Source: a virus. From it: 64,000 bases of DNA. A program made the position numbers and the translations under genes. Within the stretch, counting starts at the first letter, position 1; every line of letters starts with the position of its first letter. The notes beneath the pieces are model-generated. The model worked only from the letters and a program-made list of their open reading frames with translations. It ran no database searches and was not told the origin of the DNA. Below, piece after piece: positions 9,907-20,126 of this stretch. The DNA is taken from the IMG/VR virus record IMGVR_UViG_3300047160_020099, positions 64,001 through 128,000 of that record, one strand, 5' to 3'.

Positions 9907-11319
9907 GTGACACGCTGGAATAGCTCAAATTGCCCGACGCCGGGGCCGGTCACCGACCATACTCCTACCACACCGTCGGCCATACCACCCTGTCCGGAGT
10001 CTTTTACCGGCACCAGTGTTGGCACAGCTGGGCCACGTGGTCAACGCGGTGCTCCTGGTACCGTTGGGCCGCGTGGACCAAGAGGAGTAGGTGGTCAGGT
10101 CGGCCCACAAGGCACTACAGGGGCAACAGGCGCAACAGGTCCACAAGGGCCTTCCGGCGGGCCACAAGGGCCACAAGGAGCAACTGGGCCACAGGGCCCG
10201 CAAGGGGCACGAGGTGCCACCGGTGCGACAGGCCCGCAAGGGCCACAAGGGGTCCCCGGACCACAGGGACCACAAGGTCCGCAGGGTGTTGCCGGGCCAC
10301 AAGGACCATACGGGCCACAAGGCGCTACTGGGCCTGTTGGTGGCTCGGGTAGGCCTGGCAGAGCTGGTCCAGCAGGGCCACGCGGACCGCGCGGACCACA
10401 CGGTCCTGGCGGACCACAAGGGCCACGAGGTGCCACAGGGCCACAAGGCCCGCAAGGTTTCCAGGGTCCCCAAGGTCCGCCCGGCACCTACACAGCTGGT
10501 AACGGCATCAGCATTGTGGGCAGCGTGATCTCAGTGGCTCCGACCATTCCGCAGGCCACCACTGTCAGCGTTGCTGATACAGGTACCAATACCACGCCCA
10601 CAGTCGCTACGCTGAACCACTCGACGTCCAACACGCCGGCCGATGGTCTTGGCTTACTTATGAAGGCCATGGTCGATACAAGTACAACAGCTAGTCAGGA
10701 AGTTGGTCAGCTGGAAATGTCGTGGGCAACCGTGGCTCATGCCTCACGTAAAGCCCAGGCAGTATGTCGGCTTCAAGATGCAGCTGGCGCCCGTGAGATC
10801 TGGCGAGGTAAAGCTGACGGAGCTAATCCAAACATCGGCTTCCTCGGAGCCACGCCATCAGCAGCGTTGGCTTCGCCCGATATGGGTACGCTCGCCACGA
10901 CGTTCGGTCTGGCGTCTGGCACGCCGACATTCAATGCCGTGAACCTTACTAATACGGCAAGCGCTGGAATACCAACTACCGGATCTGCGGCCTCGGGCAA
11001 CGTCAAATACAGCACAGGGACCATAACAGCCAACGGGATTGTGCAAGGCACTGCTACTCCCGTGACCCACGACAACGAAACGGTAACAATCCCGAACTCA
11101 AGTAACACGGCAGTCATCTTGCCGTCGGCTGCAGGTGGACAGCGTATTACCATCATCAACTCCAGTAACACCTTCAGCGTGGCGGTTTTTCCAGCCTCCG
11201 GTGAAACGATCGGTGGCGGGGTGGCCAACGCTGCGTTTACACTAGGGCTAAGCACCAAGATGATGTTCTGCGCTGTAAGCTCTACACACTGGACGGGACT
11301 AGGATTCGACATCAGTTGA
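9907..11319 (+). CDS. collagen-like tail fibre protein
   Basis: Long Gly-X-Y run (GPQ/GPR/GAT), then [11 protein letters not shown] and a beta-rich C-terminus. Confidence 0.8.
   Translation: MTRWNSSNCPTPGPVTDHTPTTPSAIPPCPESFTGTSVGTAGPRGQRGAPGTVGPRGPRGVGGQVGPQGTTGATGATGPQGPSGGPQGPQGATGPQGPQGARGATGATGPQGPQGVPGPQGPQGPQGVAGPQGPYGPQGATGPVGGSGRPGRAGPAGPRGPRGPHGPGGPQGPRGATGPQGPQGFQGPQGPPGTYTAGNGISIVGSVISVAPTIPQATTVSVADTGTNTTPTVATLNHSTSNTPADGLGLLMKAMVDTSTTASQEVGQLEMSWATVAHASRKAQAVCRLQDAAGAREIWRGKADGANPNIGFLGATPSAALASPDMGTLATTFGLASGTPTFNAVNLTNTASAGIPTTGSAASGNVKYSTGTITANGIVQGTATPVTHDNETVTIPNSSNTAVILPSAAGGQRITIINSSNTFSVAVFPASGETIGGGVANAAFTLGLSTKMMFCAVSSTHWTGLGFDIS
10021..10488 (+). repeat. Gly-X-Y collagen coding repeats
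   Basis: Recurrent GGNCCACAA 9-nt units. Confidence 0.85.
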
Positions 11320-11334
11320 GAAAACGAGGAAGCC

Positions 11335-11796
11335 ATGCGAGGCGAATATACAGTATCGGTTGCACTTACCGGCGTGGGACCCCCGGCCACCATTCCAGCA
11401 ACGCTGCTTTTGCTCAAAACACCATCAGCTGCAATAGTTGAGGTGCTGGAAGCCTGGATCCAGTCCGAAGACGGTATTGCTCAGCAGATATCTGGGGCTC
11501 TATCCAGAGTTGCTAGTCCTGGCTCGCCAGCTGGCTCGACAGTTACGCCCGAGAAGATGGAGCCCGGCGATCAGGCTAGTGGTTGTACTGTGATCGTTAA
11601 TGTCGAACCTACTGGCAGCTATGACGGCGTTCCTGTTGACTGGCAAGGGGCACCAGCAACCTCTGGCTATCTGTTCAGTGAACCGGTTGGAATGGGCGCC
11701 TTCGCAGCTCCGAGCACCGGCATCGGGCTGAGGATCGAAGAGATCACAACTGCTGGCAATTTCATCGTCGGGCTGCGCTGGGTCGAACACGGATGA
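11335..11796 (+). CDS. hypothetical virion-associated protein
   Basis: GAGG RBS; beta-rich 153 aa after the fibre gene. Confidence 0.65.
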   Translation: MRGEYTVSVALTGVGPPATIPATLLLLKTPSAAIVEVLEAWIQSEDGIAQQISGALSRVASPGSPAGSTVTPEKMEPGDQASGCTVIVNVEPTGSYDGVPVDWQGAPATSGYLFSEPVGMGAFAAPSTGIGLRIEEITTAGNFIVGLRWVEHG

Positions 11797-11877
11797 GTAT
11801 TCCGATACTCGTCTTGTCGGTCGTCCGCCAGGCAGCTACACTGGCTGACGACTGGCATTCCTTCAACGGAGGTGAGC

Positions 11878-12306
11878 ATGAATGGTAAGGTTGAGGTGAA
11901 GATGGTTGGTGCCAACCAGCTTCCAGACTTCCTGCTGAAGCTGTTCAATCAGCTCGGCTGCAACCTCGGGCCGGAGGCTCAGGGCAATGGGGAAGACGCC
12001 GTGCCCGTTGAGCCAGATCCGTATGCCGGTCTGTGTAACTTCGTGGCCGACCAGATGTACTCCATCGACTGCGGCAAGCAGAAGTTCGATGAGAGGCTGA
12101 CAGCTCTGGCCGACAGTCTCGACAAGCATCCGCAGACACAGACCGAGGTTCATCGGCTTCGCGAGGCTGTGTCGCACAAGCTGGATGAGCTCCGCGATAC
12201 GATGCTGCTTCTCGACCCGGTGCTGAAGAACCTGGCCAACGAACAGAAGGCCCAGCAGACAGCCGCGGAGAAGGAAGCCTTCCTCCAGGAAGCCATCAGC
12301 AGCTGA
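11878..12306 (+). CDS. hypothetical coiled-coil protein
   Basis: GGAGGTG RBS; helical C-terminus. Confidence 0.65.
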   Translation: MNGKVEVKMVGANQLPDFLLKLFNQLGCNLGPEAQGNGEDAVPVEPDPYAGLCNFVADQMYSIDCGKQKFDERLTALADSLDKHPQTQTEVHRLREAVSHKLDELRDTMLLLDPVLKNLANEQKAQQTAAEKEAFLQEAISS

Positions 12307-12328
12307 ACAAGCTGGTACTTTGCTGACG

Positions 12329-12355
12329 AAGGCCGGGCAGAAGCCCGGCCTTTTT
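12329..12355 (+). terminator. intrinsic terminator
   Basis: AAGGCCGGGC-AGAA-GCCCGGCCTT plus T tract. Confidence 0.8.
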
Positions 12356-12358
12356 GTT

Positions 12359-12367
12359 TGGTAGAAT
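12359..12367 (+). promoter_or_regulatory. extended -10 promoter-like element TGGTAGAAT (second copy 5995-6003)
   Basis: TG-n-TAGAAT just upstream of the RBS of 12384; same 9-mer upstream of 6032. Confidence 0.45.
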
Positions 12368-12383
12368 CGGGCTGGAGGCACAC

Positions 12384-12818
12384 ATGGCGACACACAGCAT
12401 AACCGTCACACGCTCCATCCCGGTCCAAACCGTAACGTTCGCTCCACCAGGTACGCCTGGTGTAGTGCAGAACTACACACTGAGCTTTGCCCAGATCTAC
12501 ACGGCGAGCGACGGCGTCGGCATTGACGACAACATCTTCTTGATGAATCAGCGGCCTGTAGACCCCACCAATCTCGGCGGCCCGCAGACTGCCGATTACG
12601 TGGGCGTCTGCTCTCCATATGATCTGGCAACCTGGTCGGTAAACGCTCCGGCGCCCGGCCAGACTCTCTTCCGTGTCCTCCAGGTGAACCGTTCTTTCCA
12701 GAATCAGAACGACGCCGACGTTGAGTGGACAGTTGTCAAGGAAGACGTGCAGCTGTTAATCAACGTGCTCAAGGCGAACGACAACCTCAACAACGTCGAG
12801 GTCTTTACTGCTTCGTGA
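12384..12818 (+). CDS. hypothetical (probable virion) protein
   Basis: GGAGG RBS, 144 aa. Confidence 0.7.
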   Translation: MATHSITVTRSIPVQTVTFAPPGTPGVVQNYTLSFAQIYTASDGVGIDDNIFLMNQRPVDPTNLGGPQTADYVGVCSPYDLATWSVNAPAPGQTLFRVLQVNRSFQNQNDADVEWTVVKEDVQLLINVLKANDNLNNVEVFTAS

Positions 12819-12821
12819 GCC

Positions 12822-13082
12822 ATGCTCATCGACGATTCCACAATCAACGCACTGTTACAACGGCCAGAAATGGTCAGGGAGTTCCCTTTCCTGCTGGCCA
12901 CTACCGAGAATGCAAAGGTATGTTGCGGGCGTAGCCGTCGCGTTGCGAACTACCCAATCATCAAGCAGACGATTGCCGGCATGCCCACGGAGCGTAAGGA
13001 GCTCTTCAAGAAGATGCTGGGCGTGCTTTCTTGCCGAGTTGTCTTCCAGGTCAACAACTCCATCTCCGATATCACGATCTAA
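12822..13082 (+). CDS. hypothetical protein
   Basis: 86 aa, packed after previous gene. Confidence 0.65.
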   Translation: MLIDDSTINALLQRPEMVREFPFLLATTENAKVCCGRSRRVANYPIIKQTIAGMPTERKELFKKMLGVLSCRVVFQVNNSISDITI

Positions 13083-13111
13083 AATAGTCGTAAAAGTGCG
13101 ACATTATTGTA

Positions 13112-13780
13112 TGCAGGATCACTACTTCTCGGCCTTTTCGGCCGGGAAGGAATGGCCTGCGACAGGAATCAGCTGTTGGCTTTGGAGTACATCTTGAGCA
13201 CCATTGAGATGTCGGCGAAAGCCGGCCTCCGAGGCCTCCCCTCGCTGATTCTTGTGGCCCCGGCGTGCTAACACCACGCCGGGGTCCCAAACGGTGTGTT
13301 GTGCGCAAGCTGACCGGCCTAACATCACCTACAAAAGCCGGCCTACACGAGGGCCGGTTCGACGTGCGAAAGCACGGACTGTGGCCTGTCCCCTGAAAGA
13401 CACGGGGCAATGGTGATACAACACACCGAACAGGGGCGGGCGCACGCCCGCGTCGCCGCCCCTGCCACTGTCCCTGTGAGCGAACACAGGGGGACAGGCC
13501 GCCAGCGGTCGAGCGACCGGCCAATCGACCGCTGGCACCTTCTAACATCGCCCGGCTTTCTGTCCTTCGCTGGGCGGTGTTGCCAGCGGCCGGCCCCGGT
13601 CAAGTGTACGGCCGCTGGCATTTCAGCTGCCTCCTGCCGGGAGCCTGTCCGCCCCGGCCCACATCGAAATCCTTCACGCCGCTTTGTTAAGCGGGTGGAT
13701 GATTGTGCCGGCAGCCCCCTGCCCGGCCTACAATCCTCTTACCCACTTCTCAAGCTCGTGATAGGATTACCGATGTGGAT
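13112..13780 (+). ncRNA. large structured non-coding RNA, family not recognised
   Basis: More than a dozen helices with + strand G-U wobbles, GAAA tetraloops and nested long-range stems; no credible ORF. Confidence 0.7.
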
Positions 13781-13834
13781 TTCATCCATCTTTGTCTTGT
13801 AGGACGACCTTTGCTTTACATATTGGGGAACCCA

Positions 13835-14113
13835 ATGCTCCGTTTCATCGAAGATAAGTGCGTCCAGACACCACAGAACATGTTGGTGATTGTAGAGGCC
13901 GACACCCCGCCCGAATTGACCAACCGTCAGGCACGCGACGCTGTGCTGGTCTGGGCCAGGCGACAGGGCTTTCCGGCCCGAGGGATCAGTGGCATCCCAC
14001 AGACCTATCCTGTTGACGCGAAGGGTGAGACCAACCCCGAGGTCGTGATGGGCAAGGTGCCTACCGCTGCACATCGAGCTGACTATCAACTGAGCGCCGG
14101 GATTGTCGTGTGA
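13835..14113 (+). CDS. hypothetical protein
   Basis: GGGG RBS-like, overlaps next gene (GTGA). Confidence 0.6.
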   Translation: MLRFIEDKCVQTPQNMLVIVEADTPPELTNRQARDAVLVWARRQGFPARGISGIPQTYPVDAKGETNPEVVMGKVPTAAHRADYQLSAGIVV

Positions 14114-14640
14114 AGATACCTTTCACCATCCATGCCGTAAGCGAGGTAACACACACGCTTACGCCAGCAAAGCGGCACCGGCTGCTCCGGCTGCTGGGTA
14201 GAACGGAAGAACGGCTCGACGACGGCAATATCGAGCTCACACCAGCACAAGCCCTGGTACTGTGGACAGCAGACGCCTTGATGGTGCGGACGGCGTTGCC
14301 GCTGGACCAGCAAGACTTCCTCCTCGAAGAACTCCACCGGACCATAGCAGACATCGGCCGACGCATCTGGCTGACGCTGGAAAAGTTCGAAGAGAAGGAC
14401 GAGCGTGGTGACGTCATCACGGCTCACCTGATGCTCTGGGACTCCCGGTTCGTGTCCGTCAGTGGCAAGAGCGGCTACCTCGATCTGCAAAAAGCTGTCT
14501 GGTTGACGAAGCTGGACAGAGCGCCGCTGTGGACCCAGTCTTGTGACCTGACGACCCTCTTCATAAGCTACCGGGCACGGATGGCCAAGCTGCATCCCGG
14601 CAGGAGAGATACCGATGCCGAGCGAATACCAGCTGCTTGA
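14110..14640 (+). CDS. hypothetical protein
   Basis: 176 aa ORF in a coupled operon. Confidence 0.65.
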   Translation: MKIPFTIHAVSEVTHTLTPAKRHRLLRLLGRTEERLDDGNIELTPAQALVLWTADALMVRTALPLDQQDFLLEELHRTIADIGRRIWLTLEKFEEKDERGDVITAHLMLWDSRFVSVSGKSGYLDLQKAVWLTKLDRAPLWTQSCDLTTLFISYRARMAKLHPGRRDTDAERIPAA

Positions 14641-15346
14641 GAATCGTCTGGCGACCTTCTGGCGCGATCCTCAGATGTTTGGCTTCAACCTCCTGGTATT
14701 GTTCATGGACGTCTACGGAGCCGAAGGCCTCAACTGGATGCCTGAGACTATCGAGATGGAGATCCGCGACGACAGTGGCGTCGATCTGCCGGAAGCCAAC
14801 TTCGACAAGCTGCTGACAGCCATTTCTCTTCTTGTCACTGACAACTTCTTCGTGAGCCCGACAGACTTCACACGAGCGTGTGTGGTCCTGTCAGGCCATG
14901 TCGTGAACCCCGGTTCTCTGATCCTGCCCGACTGTGCCGATCTGGCCTGGGGCCTCACCGAAGGCATGATGATCAATCCACCTGACGAAGATAACGAGGC
15001 ACCCTTCTCGAAAGAGATTGTTGCTTACGTAGGTGCGTGTCTGAATGACGAAGGTATTCTGAACCCTCCTGATATCCTGCGTATCGGCCTCCGTGACAAA
15101 GATTTGGCTGACAACGCACGGTACAGCTTTTCCGACGACCCGGAGATGATGGCGGCGATTTCTGGCTTCGAAGAAGACAAGACGTCGTCCATCAACTCTC
15201 TGGTTCTCAACCGGCTCAAGGACCTGTTCGCGCAACTCCAGTTGTTGCCCCTCAAGAACGGTCAGGCCGTTGCTGTAGCACGGAAGATGATGGCCGGGCT
15301 GGCCCATCAACCCGCTAGCGGCTCACCGCTAAATTCACCCGTTTGA
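14615..15346 (+). CDS. hypothetical acidic protein
   Basis: AGGAG RBS, 243 aa. Confidence 0.7.
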   Translation: MPSEYQLLENRLATFWRDPQMFGFNLLVLFMDVYGAEGLNWMPETIEMEIRDDSGVDLPEANFDKLLTAISLLVTDNFFVSPTDFTRACVVLSGHVVNPGSLILPDCADLAWGLTEGMMINPPDEDNEAPFSKEIVAYVGACLNDEGILNPPDILRIGLRDKDLADNARYSFSDDPEMMAAISGFEEDKTSSINSLVLNRLKDLFAQLQLLPLKNGQAVAVARKMMAGLAHQPASGSPLNSPV

Positions 15347-15411
15347 GTATTGGAATACATGCAGTTGTCGGTACCACGGGGTGCCGGCGTATCGCTGCGC
15401 GCGGAGATCCG

Positions 15412-18099
15412 ATGAAGACATCGTTCGTTGATGACCTGGTTTACAAGTTCAAGTCCGGCTTCCCGGTTACTGCCGTCAATACGACAGAGACAGACCGCTG
15501 TATCCAGGAGATCAAGACTGCCGGCTGGTTGATGGGTGAAGGTTGCAAGGTCACACTCACGCCAGCTGACCGCAACCTGTTCAAGACCCTGTTCAACACG
15601 TATACGGAATACAGCTGCCCGCTGACACCTTCTGGCGAGTTGACTGCGGACATCAAGAAGCTGGTCGCTCTCATGCGACGGCTTTGCCACGAGAAGTCCG
15701 AGGCCGCGGCAGACGTTGACCGACTGCTCGATACGGTCGGCTACCCGGTCATTACCTGGAGCCATACCGGGGGCTTCGATAACGGCGCCGGCGACGTCGA
15801 GCTGGACCAGGCGCTGGTCATGGCGGCCCAACCGTATGACAGCAAGGCACGCGACAAGAACCCGCTGCCGCGCTTTTGCATCCTTGTGTACAAGAACGCG
15901 AACGAGTTTCTGGACCCGCCCGGCCCGGAGTGTGCCCGTTTCCGCTCAGCACTACACACCATCTTCTGCGGCAACCGGCTCGTTGACGGCAGCATCCGGC
16001 GGCTGGTTATCATGCTCCAGCCAGACTGGACGCCGCACACACAGATCGCTCACTGCGTCAACTTCGTGGAGTTCGAGCCACCGAACGAGGAGCAGCTCTC
16101 CCACGAAGTCACGTATGTCGAGGAGTCGTTGCAGTCTTCCAAGCGGGACGTGGTGAAGACCTGCCCGACCGAGCTGCGTAAGCCCATCATTACGGCACTG
16201 CGAGGTTTCACCCAGCACGAAGCCGTGAATGCGCTGGCCTACTGCATCGTCAAGCATCGTGGCTTCTGCCCAGACATGGTACCCACCTTGCACGGGCTGA
16301 AAGCCGAGACCTTGAAGCGGGACGAGGTCCTGGAGTACATCGACGCCGAGTACCTGGCCACCACGGATCAGATCGGCGGCTACGAGAACTACCTGGAATT
16401 CATCAGCGAGTGCCAGGAGTGCTACACGGACGAGGCGGCCAAGGCTGGACTAAAGAAGCCCAAGGGCGTGCTGCTCCTGGGCCTTCCTGGATGCGTAGCT
16501 GAAGACACGATGGTCTCTTACCGTCGGGGTAAACGAACCGGCAACAGAAGTTTGCCGATCAACGTCTTTTGCGACAAGGTGAATGGCACCGAACATCATC
16601 ATGCTGGCGTGAAATGGAAGCCAGGATTGGATACGTATTTGCAATCCTTCAACCCGGAGACTGGAAGGATCTTCTATAACCTAGTCAAAGGTGTTTACAA
16701 GAAGGGGCGTAAACATTGCATACGTATCATCACCGATAACGCTGGCTCAGTCACCCTGACCGATGACCATCCAATTATGACGGCTGAGATTATTTTCAAA
16801 GCCGCCGGTGAACTACGAGTTGGTGATAAGCTTCTGGTGCGTGGCAATATGCACCCCACTAAGTTGGCCAATAAGACGGCTCCAAAACATAAACGCCGGG
16901 TCACGGTTGAAACTCTTAAATATCACCCTCGCGGCTGGCCTCATCCGGTAAAAGAGCCAACGACCGGTAAGGTTTACACCTATCTGCGGCAGCACCGAGC
17001 CAGGCTGGTGCTAGAAGCACATATGAACGGATTGGCCTATGAAGAATTCATCCGAATTCTGCAGAAAGAGCCGACAACGGCTTCAGCATTGAAGTATCTC
17101 GAAGATGGTTTGGAGGTTCATCATCAGAACGAAGATCCAACCGACGACCGTCTGGAAAATCTGCTGGTACTGACAAAGCCGGCTCATACGAAGTTGCACT
17201 GTGATGAAAGTCGTTTCAACGTTGCGTATACAACTGAAGCGACTATTACCGGGATCGAAGCTGTCGGTTACCGCGAGACATATGACGTTTCCATGGAAGA
17301 TCCGTACGCCAACTTCGTGGTTAATGATGGGATCATAGCCCATAACACTGGGAAAAGTATGGTGGGCATGGCCACCGCCCGCATCATGAGCCTGCCGCTT
17401 GTGAAGTATGACTTCGGCAGTGTATTCGGTGGCATCGTCGGCCAGAGCGAAAGCACCCAGCGTCGCGTGTTGAAGCGGGTGACAGCTCTCGGCCCGTGCG
17501 TCCTGCTGATCGACGAGGCGGATAAGGCCTTTGCCGGGATGGACCAGACCATCGGTGATTCCGGCACCGGCCAGCGTGTCTTCGGGCGGCTCCTTACATG
17601 GATGGCCACCGAGAACACGGATGCGTTCATCGTGATGACCATGAACCGGCTGAAGGGTGTCCCCGTCGAGATGCTGCGTGCCGGCCGGCTCGACGCCACT
17701 TTCTACACCGAGTTCCCCAGTCCACCAGAGCGGCAAGAGATCCTGGCCATTCACATGAGGAAGAATGGCGTGGATCCCAACTGCTTCGACCGCAACGACT
17801 GGAAGACCCTGGTCAATATCACGGAAGACTTTGCCGGCGCCGAGTTGGAACAGCTCGTCATCAAGGCCGTACGCACTGCCTGGAAGGCAACCAAACTGGT
17901 GCAGCCGAAGATAGCCCACCTGGAGGCCGCGCGGGTCTCTGTGAACCCGGTCGCGCACCTTGACAGAGAGGGCATGCAGAAGATCCTCGAATTTTGCCAG
18001 GACAAGGCCACGCCTGTCAGCAAGAAGAAGCGTATCGCCAAGTCGCAGGTTGGTCGGCTGCGAAGCAGCATCCTGGTTGACAACCCGGAGAACAACTAA
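15412..18099 (+). CDS. Ycf46-like AAA+ ATPase containing an intein
   Basis: IGGYENY, KGVLLLGLPG[intein]TGKS Walker A, VLLIDEADK Walker B, LRAGRLD arginine finger. Confidence 0.9.
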   Translation: MKTSFVDDLVYKFKSGFPVTAVNTTETDRCIQEIKTAGWLMGEGCKVTLTPADRNLFKTLFNTYTEYSCPLTPSGELTADIKKLVALMRRLCHEKSEAAADVDRLLDTVGYPVITWSHTGGFDNGAGDVELDQALVMAAQPYDSKARDKNPLPRFCILVYKNANEFLDPPGPECARFRSALHTIFCGNRLVDGSIRRLVIMLQPDWTPHTQIAHCVNFVEFEPPNEEQLSHEVTYVEESLQSSKRDVVKTCPTELRKPIITALRGFTQHEAVNALAYCIVKHRGFCPDMVPTLHGLKAETLKRDEVLEYIDAEYLATTDQIGGYENYLEFISECQECYTDEAAKAGLKKPKGVLLLGLPGCVAEDTMVSYRRGKRTGNRSLPINVFCDKVNGTEHHHAGVKWKPGLDTYLQSFNPETGRIFYNLVKGVYKKGRKHCIRIITDNAGSVTLTDDHPIMTAEIIFKAAGELRVGDKLLVRGNMHPTKLANKTAPKHKRRVTVETLKYHPRGWPHPVKEPTTGKVYTYLRQHRARLVLEAHMNGLAYEEFIRILQKEPTTASALKYLEDGLEVHHQNEDPTDDRLENLLVLTKPAHTKLHCDESRFNVAYTTEATITGIEAVGYRETYDVSMEDPYANFVVNDGIIAHNTGKSMVGMATARIMSLPLVKYDFGSVFGGIVGQSESTQRRVLKRVTALGPCVLLIDEADKAFAGMDQTIGDSGTGQRVFGRLLTWMATENTDAFIVMTMNRLKGVPVEMLRAGRLDATFYTEFPSPPERQEILAIHMRKNGVDPNCFDRNDWKTLVNITEDFAGAELEQLVIKAVRTAWKATKLVQPKIAHLEAARVSVNPVAHLDREGMQKILEFCQDKATPVSKKKRIAKSQVGRLRSSILVDNPENN
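16492..17346 (+). mobile_element. intein (285 aa) with HNH homing endonuclease, inserted in Walker A
   Basis: Starts CVAEDT, block B TDDHPI, HNH EVHHQNEDPTDDRLENL..H..LH, ends IIAHN, +1 Thr. Confidence 0.92.
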
Positions 18100-18479
18100 T
18101 GAGCCTTCAGGGCTTTTTCGTCACCGCTCACAAGCAGCTGGCCGTAGCATTTGACAGGCTCGACGGGGCGCTCTCGCACCTCTTCCAGCCTGTCATTACA
18201 AGCGGGCCACTGTTTGAACTGGTCAGGGACACTCACGCGACTGATTGGGTGTGCCAGCATTACCTTGTCGAGGACATCACACCCGACACGGCGGGCAGTG
18301 ACACAATCTACACTGTTACCGTTGAACTGCAGTGCAAAGGAAAGCAAGACCCCAACAAACCGGATGTTGGCAGTCAGCTGATCGCTTTGGTTGAGATCCC
18401 AGTCACCAAGAATGGCCTATGCGAGCTGGAAGTCATTTCCTGCACCAAATACACAGGAGACGGAACAGAACTGGAATGA
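18099..18479 (+). CDS. hypothetical protein
   Basis: Coupled (TAATG) to the AAA gene. Confidence 0.6.
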   Translation: MSLQGFFVTAHKQLAVAFDRLDGALSHLFQPVITSGPLFELVRDTHATDWVCQHYLVEDITPDTAGSDTIYTVTVELQCKGKQDPNKPDVGSQLIALVEIPVTKNGLCELEVISCTKYTGDGTELE

Positions 18480-18982
18480 GACTGCCACTGACCCTGACGA
18501 ACGACGAAAGCCTGGCAGCGGATCGTGTATGCGGTCCCTGCCAGGCTTGTTGTCATACCGTTGCCATCGACGACGAGGCCCTTCAAAAGGCCGAAAGGGA
18601 GCGGTGCTCTAACCTCTGTGCCACTGGCTGCAGTATTTACCCTGACAGGCCCAAAACTTGCAGAGAGTATCGTTGTGCGTGGTTGTCAGGTGCTTTGCAA
18701 GGTGATGAACGGCGGCGGCCTGACCAGCTCGGTCTGATGTTCCACTGGTCCGTCAACCACTGGTTCGGGCTCTTATTGATGTGCTGGGAGGTTCGACCTT
18801 TTGCCAGCGAGGAACCGGCGGCTAGCTATCTCTTGAAGAACCTATCACAGAAGCATTTGATCTGTATGTTCCTCAATGATCGCGGCGACGAGCCAGGAAC
18901 CAGAAAGTTCATTGGTCCGCCGCGTCGCATGGCTCAAGTTGCCGAGTTCGCGGAGAAGCATAAGGGACAGAAACCGGTTTGA
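18476..18982 (+). CDS. YkgJ-like Cys-cluster (Zn/Fe-S) protein
   Basis: CGPCQACC..C..L..GCSIYPDRPKTCREY.C.W. Confidence 0.75.
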   Translation: MRLPLTLTNDESLAADRVCGPCQACCHTVAIDDEALQKAERERCSNLCATGCSIYPDRPKTCREYRCAWLSGALQGDERRRPDQLGLMFHWSVNHWFGLLLMCWEVRPFASEEPAASYLLKNLSQKHLICMFLNDRGDEPGTRKFIGPPRRMAQVAEFAEKHKGQKPV

Positions 18983-19006
18983 AGTAGTGGATTTTTCGAG
19001 GAGCTA

Positions 19007-20113
19007 ATGTCCAATCCAACTGACGAACTTCGGGATATCGCTTCGGTAACCCGAGAACTGAACAGGAACGTTCTCTTCACACATGTGTCTGTGCATCGCT
19101 GGCGCGGGCATAAGGAAGTGGAAGCGGCCACCATCAAGGTCGAGGGCGAGACAGCGACTGAAACACTGGTGACCAAACCGCGGTGGAAGCTGCTCGACGA
19201 CGAGTGGCAACGTAAGTTCTCCAGGGTGGAGACCCTGCTACGCAACATCGTTGCCAAGGCCTCGCCGGCTTTCCCAATCCCCGGCGTCTATGTCATCCCG
19301 CGGCTGCGAGCCCGGCAGTTGTTCGAAGCGGTAGACGAGGTTGCGAAGGAGCAGTTCTACCCGCTGGCGGAGGAGTTTGCCGCTACGTGGCCGTCTTACG
19401 TGGCCAACATCCGGCAAACAGCCACAGAGGCTCAGTGGGCGCAGATCAACAAAGCCTTGCCGACCACAGCCACTGAGCTGCGTAAGAAGTTCCGTGTCAC
19501 GAAGCACATCATCCCGCTGGCCGGCGGCGCCGGTCTCAGCGTGGTAACACTTCGTGACATCTTCACGGACCTTGAGGCAGACCTGTGCAGCAGGCTGCCG
19601 CTGTCCGAGCACAACAAGGAGATCATCACCGCCACATTGCAGACCGCCATGGGCAAACTGCTGCAACACACAGGTGGTGAGTTGACTGGGGGCGAAGCGG
19701 ACAGCTACGCCGTCGAGATCGAGCAGGCGACACGGCAGTTCATCCAGGACACTGCTTCTGTGATTGCTGGCAGCGTTACTCAGGAGCTAAAGGACGCCGT
19801 CGATAATCTGGCCGGCCGGCTGGAAGAACACGGTGTGGTCCGCGACAGCACCATCGAGCTCGTCAAGGCAGCCTTCGAGAAGTACAAGTCGTTCAGCTTC
19901 GCAGCCAACCCGGCCACGCTGGCTCGCATGCACCAGGTCGAGCACCAACTGCTGCACCTATCGCACAAAGAGCTCAACCAGGACAACCGGCACGGCGACG
20001 GCTCGATTGCGAAGGGACTGTCGGACGCACTGAAGGCCTTGCGAGCCCAGGCAGAACAGGACTTCGCGGGTTCGGCAGCGTTTGGCCGCCGGCTCCGCAC
20101 GATCGAGGTTTGA
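19007..20113 (+). CDS. DUF3150-like protein
   Basis: FPIPGVYVIP..F...W..Y pattern, helical C-terminus, context next to AAA ATPase. Confidence 0.55.
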   Translation: MSNPTDELRDIASVTRELNRNVLFTHVSVHRWRGHKEVEAATIKVEGETATETLVTKPRWKLLDDEWQRKFSRVETLLRNIVAKASPAFPIPGVYVIPRLRARQLFEAVDEVAKEQFYPLAEEFAATWPSYVANIRQTATEAQWAQINKALPTTATELRKKFRVTKHIIPLAGGAGLSVVTLRDIFTDLEADLCSRLPLSEHNKEIITATLQTAMGKLLQHTGGELTGGEADSYAVEIEQATRQFIQDTASVIAGSVTQELKDAVDNLAGRLEEHGVVRDSTIELVKAAFEKYKSFSFAANPATLARMHQVEHQLLHLSHKELNQDNRHGDGSIAKGLSDALKALRAQAEQDFAGSAAFGRRLRTIEV

Positions 20114-20126
20114 CAAAGAGGAGCCG

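Noticed and set aside
13096-13780. Group II intron, tmRNA, RNase P or tRNA
   Set aside because: GTGCG at 13096 and GGTTCGA at 13356 are present, but there is no domain V, no interrupted gene, no cloverleaf and no RNase P conserved motifs.
13072-13802. Several overlapping ORFs in the structured region
   Set aside because: No RBS, R/P/G-rich composition and mutually overlapping frames; explained by GC-rich structured sequence.
13802-13828. GGACGACCT..GCTT.CATAT.TGGG similarity with 42965-42987
   Set aside because: Only two gapped copies, and the 9-mer core also occurs inside terL (~29024); too weak to call.
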